Assembly: GCA_963807635.1 (NCBI GenBank)
Contig: CAWEDJ010000039.1
Coordinates: forward strand, 1-64,000
DNA: 64,000 nt
Origin: an uncultured cyanobacterium
Lineage (GTDB): Bacteria; Cyanobacteriota; Cyanobacteriia; Cyanobacteriales; Microcystaceae
Direction: 5' to 3'
This document shows positions 59,439-64,000 of the stretch, piece by piece. Position numbers and translations under genes: made by a program. The notes under the pieces are model-generated. The model did no database searches. It was not told the DNA's origin and saw only the letters and a list, made by a program, of their open reading frames with translations. Positions within the stretch are counted from its first letter, which is position 1. Every line of letters begins with the position of its first letter.

Positions 59439-62024
59439 CTAAACCGATTCAATGGGAGGTAAGGGCTTGTTGGATTGCAGTAGAGAGGCGATCGCATCGG
59501 GAGATAGAGGAGAGGAAAAATAATAACCCTGGGCGAGTGAACAATCGAGAGTCATTAAGGTATCAATTTGGTCAAGTCTTTCTACCCCTTCGGCGACGAC
59601 TTCCAGTCCTAAATCCTTGGCTAATCTGAAAATCGCCCTAGCAATTTTTCCCTGGGGAGAATTTTGATTAATTTCACGGACAAAGCAAATATCAATTTTT
59701 AAAATATCAATGGGGAATTGGTGCAAATAACTAAGACTGGAATAACCCTGCCCAAAATCATCAATACAAATTTTAATATGACGAGATTGTAATTGTTTTA
59801 ACAGTTCATTAATGGAATTTTCATCATTCAAGTAGCAACTTTCAGTAATCTCTAATCGCAAATATTTTCCGTCTAATCCTGTTTTTTCTAAAATAGTATC
59901 TACTTTTTTTAATAAATCAGCAATATTTAATTGTTTTACCGATAAATTAACATTAACTGTTAGATTTTCATACCGATTAGGGTCTATTTTTTTCCATTCA
60001 GATAATTGCCTACAAGCTTCTTCTAAGATCCAGAAACCGATAGGAATAATTAATCCTGTTTCTTCAGCGATCGCAATAAATTCTCCAGGAGAAATAAATC
60101 CTTTTTGGGGATGTTGCCAGCGTAATAATGCTTCAAATCCTAGCAATTCTCTTGTTTCTAAGTGAACAATTGGTTGATAATGTAATCTAAATTCCTCATG
60201 GGCGATCGCCTGCCGTAAATCTGTTTCCCATTGCAATAAATCAACGGCTTTTTGGTGCATTGTCGGATTAAAAATTTGATAACCTCCCTTACTCACATTT
60301 TTAGCTTGATAAAGAGCGGTATCCGCATCACGCATTAGATCTTCGACTGTCAGGGCTTCATTGATTTTTTCATCAATAAATAAAATCCCCATACTAACTC
60401 CTGCAAAGACTTGATTTTGTTTGAGTTGAAATGGTGATCGAAAAGACTTTTTAATGCGGTCTGCTACCTGGGTCGCCTGCTCTAAGGATTCAATATTCGG
60501 TAACAAAATAATAAATTCATCCCCCCCTAAGCGAGCAATCAAATCCTGTTCTCGGAGACAATTCTTGAGACGTTCGGCGATCGCCATTAATAGTTGATCT
60601 CCGACCATGTGACCGAGGCTATCATTGACTAACTTAAAACGGTCTAAATCGAGAAAAAATAAAGCAAAAGATTGATGATACTGTTTTGCTTCTTGGAGAA
60701 TTTCTCCCAAATATTCCATAAACATCGCCCGATTCGGTAAGCCCGTCAAAGTATCATAAAAAGCTTTCCATTGGAGTTCTTCCTTGGCTTGTTTATAGTC
60801 ACTAATATCTTCAACAGTGCCTTCGTAATAAAGCAATTCTCCTTGCCCATTACGAACGGCTCGTGCATTTTCAGAAATCCAAATGACTTTGCCATCTTTA
60901 CGGTAAATTTGTGATTGAAAATTAGAGACAAAATCATTTTCCTGCAAAAGACGGACAAACTCAGACCGACGATAGGGGACAATATACAGTTGATGTTCAA
61001 TATCCGTCAAGGATTCCATTAATTCCGTCGGTGATTCATAGCCATAAATTTTTGCTAGGGCAAGATTTGCACTCAGATAATGACCGTCTGGTGTGGTCTG
61101 AAAGATGCCATCTAGAGAATTTTCAAAAATGCTACGATATTTCGCCTCAGAAATTCGTAATGCCTCTTCTATTCTTTTGAGTTCACTAATCTCGGTAATA
61201 AAACCCTCAATTCCTAAAAAATTACCGCCCTCATCAAAGATGCCATGGCCTTTTTCCCAGACCCATTTTTCCTGCCCTTGTTTTGTTAAAATACGATACT
61301 CTAGGACATAAGAATCGGGTGTATTTCTAACTTTTTGTAAATTCGCTAAAACCTTGGGTAAATCTTGGGCATGGGTAATATTATTGAATCCATAAAGGGG
61401 GTTATTGAGCATTTCATTGCTGGTGTATCCTGTCAGTTGTTCGCATCCTCGACTGATATAGCGCATGGGAAATCCTTCTTCATGACTCGTCCGAAAAAAA
61501 ATCCCAGGAATCGCATTCATGAAACTGTCTAGTTGTCTTTGGCTTTCTTTTGCCGCTAATTCAGTGGAATGGCGATCGCTGATATCGGTGATAAAACCCT
61601 CAATAAACAGTAGCTCTCCTGAACTAGAATAAATCCCTGTTCCCTTCTCCCAAACCCACTTTTGTTGGCCCTCTGGGGTAATCAATCGATATTCTAGGTC
61701 ATAGGGCTGAGATTGATTTAAAGCATTTTGTATCTGTTCATTGAGCAAAACTTGATCTTCATGAAATACAGATTGATGATAAATCTGACGCGATTTACCG
61801 ATTAATTCAGATGGGTGACAACCTATTAAGGCAATAGACCCCTCACTCATAAATTCAATCGTCAATTGAGCATCACATTTACAGCGATAGGCAATACCAG
61901 GCAAACTATTAATTAAGGTAGAAACTTGGTAAATTTCTGATAGCATTTCATTGGGATAGTGTTGCTCTATCTCTTCTTTTAGTAATCGAATAACAGAGTC
62001 TACATCTTGATAGATTGATGCCAT
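59439..62024 (-). CDS. PAS(x3)-GGDEF-EAL diguanylate cyclase/phosphodiesterase
   Basis: Three PAS/PAC repeats (KWVWEKG, IWISENAR), DTLTGLPNR, RLGGDEF, FEALLRW, DDFGQGYSSL. Confidence 0.93.
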   Translation of the reverse strand: MASIYQDVDSVIRLLKEEIEQHYPNEMLSEIYQVSTLINSLPGIAYRCKCDAQLTIEFMSEGSIALIGCHPSELIGKSRQIYHQSVFHEDQVLLNEQIQNALNQSQPYDLEYRLITPEGQQKWVWEKGTGIYSSSGELLFIEGFITDISDRHSTELAAKESQRQLDSFMNAIPGIFFRTSHEEGFPMRYISRGCEQLTGYTSNEMLNNPLYGFNNITHAQDLPKVLANLQKVRNTPDSYVLEYRILTKQGQEKWVWEKGHGIFDEGGNFLGIEGFITEISELKRIEEALRISEAKYRSIFENSLDGIFQTTPDGHYLSANLALAKIYGYESPTELMESLTDIEHQLYIVPYRRSEFVRLLQENDFVSNFQSQIYRKDGKVIWISENARAVRNGQGELLYYEGTVEDISDYKQAKEELQWKAFYDTLTGLPNRAMFMEYLGEILQEAKQYHQSFALFFLDLDRFKLVNDSLGHMVGDQLLMAIAERLKNCLREQDLIARLGGDEFIILLPNIESLEQATQVADRIKKSFRSPFQLKQNQVFAGVSMGILFIDEKINEALTVEDLMRDADTALYQAKNVSKGGYQIFNPTMHQKAVDLLQWETDLRQAIAHEEFRLHYQPIVHLETRELLGFEALLRWQHPQKGFISPGEFIAIAEETGLIIPIGFWILEEACRQLSEWKKIDPNRYENLTVNVNLSVKQLNIADLLKKVDTILEKTGLDGKYLRLEITESCYLNDENSINELLKQLQSRHIKICIDDFGQGYSSLSYLHQFPIDILKIDICFVREINQNSPQGKIARAIFRLAKDLGLEVVAEGVERLDQIDTLMTLDCSLAQGYYFSSPLSPDAIASLLQSNKPLPPIESV

Positions 62025-62103
62025 AATAAAGGGGAAATCTTAGGTACAATATAAATCTTTAAATTTTTAAAATAACAGCTTTTTTCTATGATCACAAAAT
62101 TGT

Positions 62104-62205
62104 TAAGCTATTACAAATTTAGATTGCATAACGATTTTGTTGAAAGTTTTGTAACAAGGGGCTTAAGCCCCTTGCCTGTGTGCGTTTTAGATAATTAACA
62201 GCTTA
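62104..62205 (-). repeat. ~102 bp MITE/REP-like element, copy 2
   Basis: Ends taagct...agctta; perfect central palindrome caaggggcttaagccccttg. Confidence 0.72.
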
Positions 62206-62572
62206 TCCAACTAAATAAACATAGTAAAATAATATTAATTTCCCAGTATTTTAGACTCATCAAGACAATATGGATCAATAAAACGCCTATCTTCTCGGAT
62301 AAATATGAAAAAGTTGTTAGGACTCAAAAAATAACTGTCTATGGAGAAAATAATCTGAAAAACCTCAAAATACTGTATCTATTTTTGCAATTTTCCCACT
62401 TGATCTTGTTGTTGGTCTAACTTAGGTGATAGCCTATCTAAACAATGAGGGGTTAGTCATTGTTCAGCAAAATATGATGGAAATATTTGAAATCACTTTC
62501 TAGCTAAGTTACAAGGGGAAAAAAGGTATATTAAGCCAATAATCTTGTTTTATTCTGATTAAATTTTTACAG

Positions 62573-63185
62573 ATGTTTCATTACATTTTGTTTTATAAGC
62601 CCTATGGGGTGCTTTGCCAATTTACGGATAATAATGGGGAAACACCCCGCAAAACGCTCAAGGATTACATTAATCTTCCTGAAATTTATCCCGTTAGCCT
62701 GCCTAGATTACGATAGCGAGGGGTTACTGCTGTTAACCAACCATGGCCGTCTCCAACATCGTTTGGCCCATCGTCAATTTGCCCATCCCCGCACCTATTG
62801 GGTACAGGTTGAAGGGATTCCTGATGATGCCGATCTCCAGCCCCTGCGTCGGGGAATTCCGATTCAGGATTATCAAACTCGTCCCGCGATCGCGAAAAAA
62901 TTAGAAGCAGAGCCAGAGTTGCCGCCCCGTGATCCCCCCATTCGCTATCGAAAAAATATCCCGACCTGTTGGCTAGAAATTACCCTCACCGAAGGGCGCA
63001 ATCGCCAGGTGAGACGGATGACGGCGGCGATTGGATTTCCGACCCTGCGTTTAGTCAGAACCGCGATCGCGACAGGAAAAGACAAACACTCTCCTAACCT
63101 GAACTTAACGGGACTTGCCCCTGGTCAGTGGCGAGAACTGCAACTGCTAGAACGACAACAGATTGAAAATTTATTAAAAAATTGA
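62573..63185 (+). CDS. rRNA pseudouridine synthase, RluE/RsuA family (apparent frameshift ~62698)
   Basis: [19 protein letters not shown] then [35 protein letters not shown]. Confidence 0.88.
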
Positions 63186-63397
63186 AAAATTATCCAGAAA
63201 TAAATTCACAAAAATGTTTATTCCAAGGTAATTTCGGGAATACTAAAACCAGATAGCTCTATAGTCGCCATTAAAGTCTCTAAAACCAGGACAATCTTTC
63301 TCTTAATTGCCGTTAGTAATCTAAAGTAATTTAGCTTAGTGATGTCGGCTGGTGTTAACCTAATATGCTTAATATTGGAATAAAACGAAGATTTACG

Positions 63398-64000
63398 ATG
63401 CATGCACACTCCATTGACCTTGGGATAGGAGACAGTCCGATTGACACGGGTAGCCGTCTCTCCTGTCGATTAGATGGACTCTCTTCGACGATTCGTGAAC
63501 AAAACCGAGTCGCCAGTCTGAAAGATCTCGGTTTGTTGGAAATGGACACGATTCCCATTTTTGATGAAGCAACCCAGATGGCGGCGCGTTTTCTCGAATC
63601 TCCCATCTGTATTTTGACTCTTATGGTCTTTGATCAGGTGTGGATTAAATCGGCGATCGGTTTATCTCGGTTAGGTTTGATGAATCGGTTAGCAACTGAC
63701 CGTAAACTTGATCGACTAGAAGCTTTTTGTACCTATGTTGTCGATAGTCAGCAACCCCTACTCATTGAAGACACCTTATCTGAATCCGTTTTTTCCCATA
63801 GTGTTTTAACCCAGAATTATGGCATTCGTAGTTATGTGGGTGCGCCTCTAATTACCGCCGCAGGCCAATGTATTGGGAGCTTAAGTATCCTGGATTTAAC
63901 GGCTCGGCGTTTCACCAATAGGGAAATAGAATTTTTGTGTGTGACTGCTCGCTGGTGTATGGGCGAATTTGAACGGGATTATTTGATCAAAAAACAAGCG
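63398..64000 (+). CDS. GAF-domain sensor protein (probably histidine kinase), 3'-truncated by window edge
   Basis: Open from ATG 63398 to window end: CRLDGL...IPIFDEATQMAARFL...IKSAIGLSRLGLMN...AFCTYVVDSQ...GIRSYVGAPLIT..GQCIGSL. Confidence 0.8.
   Translation, partial: MHAHSIDLGIGDSPIDTGSRLSCRLDGLSSTIREQNRVASLKDLGLLEMDTIPIFDEATQMAARFLESPICILTLMVFDQVWIKSAIGLSRLGLMNRLATDRKLDRLEAFCTYVVDSQQPLLIEDTLSESVFSHSVLTQNYGIRSYVGAPLITAAGQCIGSLSILDLTARRFTNREIEFLCVTARWCMGEFERDYLIKKQA

Noticed and set aside
63218..63606. Minus-strand ORFs 63218-63409 and 63355-63606
   Set aside because: They overlap the plus-strand GAF sensor gene, which is missing from the ORF track only because it runs off the window

Overview
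Chromosomal window from a cyanobacterium (cyanobacterial-type rRNA, abundant HIP1 GCGATCGC; the tRNA-Ile-only ITS suggests a Chroococcales-like lineage). It opens with the 3' end of a group II intron inserted in an IS1-family transposase gene and a complete minus-strand rRNA operon (16S-tRNA-Ile-23S-5S). Housekeeping genes include hemW, ureF, icd, amt, valS, tRNA-Val, lysC, a Ca2+/H+ antiporter, clpB, gnd and an rRNA pseudouridine synthase. Accessory content comprises several IS elements (including a nested IS5/IS1634/ISKra4-like/IS5 block), a small Cys-loop peptide-TpsA-TpsB-CHASE2/GGDEF/EAL-DUF928 cluster, a pseudo-orthocaspase, a decayed GmrSD gene, and toxin-antitoxin/defence arrays on both sides of clpB. 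The most striking signal is downstream of clpB: its last 57 bp, starting at a HIP1 site, recur twice more in register with decreasing identity, each copy followed by a different TA/defence cassette. Several cassettes are also bracketed by paired-HIP1 direct repeats, suggesting an integrase-free, HIP1-anchored cassette array. Many apparent frameshifts in core genes fall at GGCC sites and are probably methylation-related sequencing errors.
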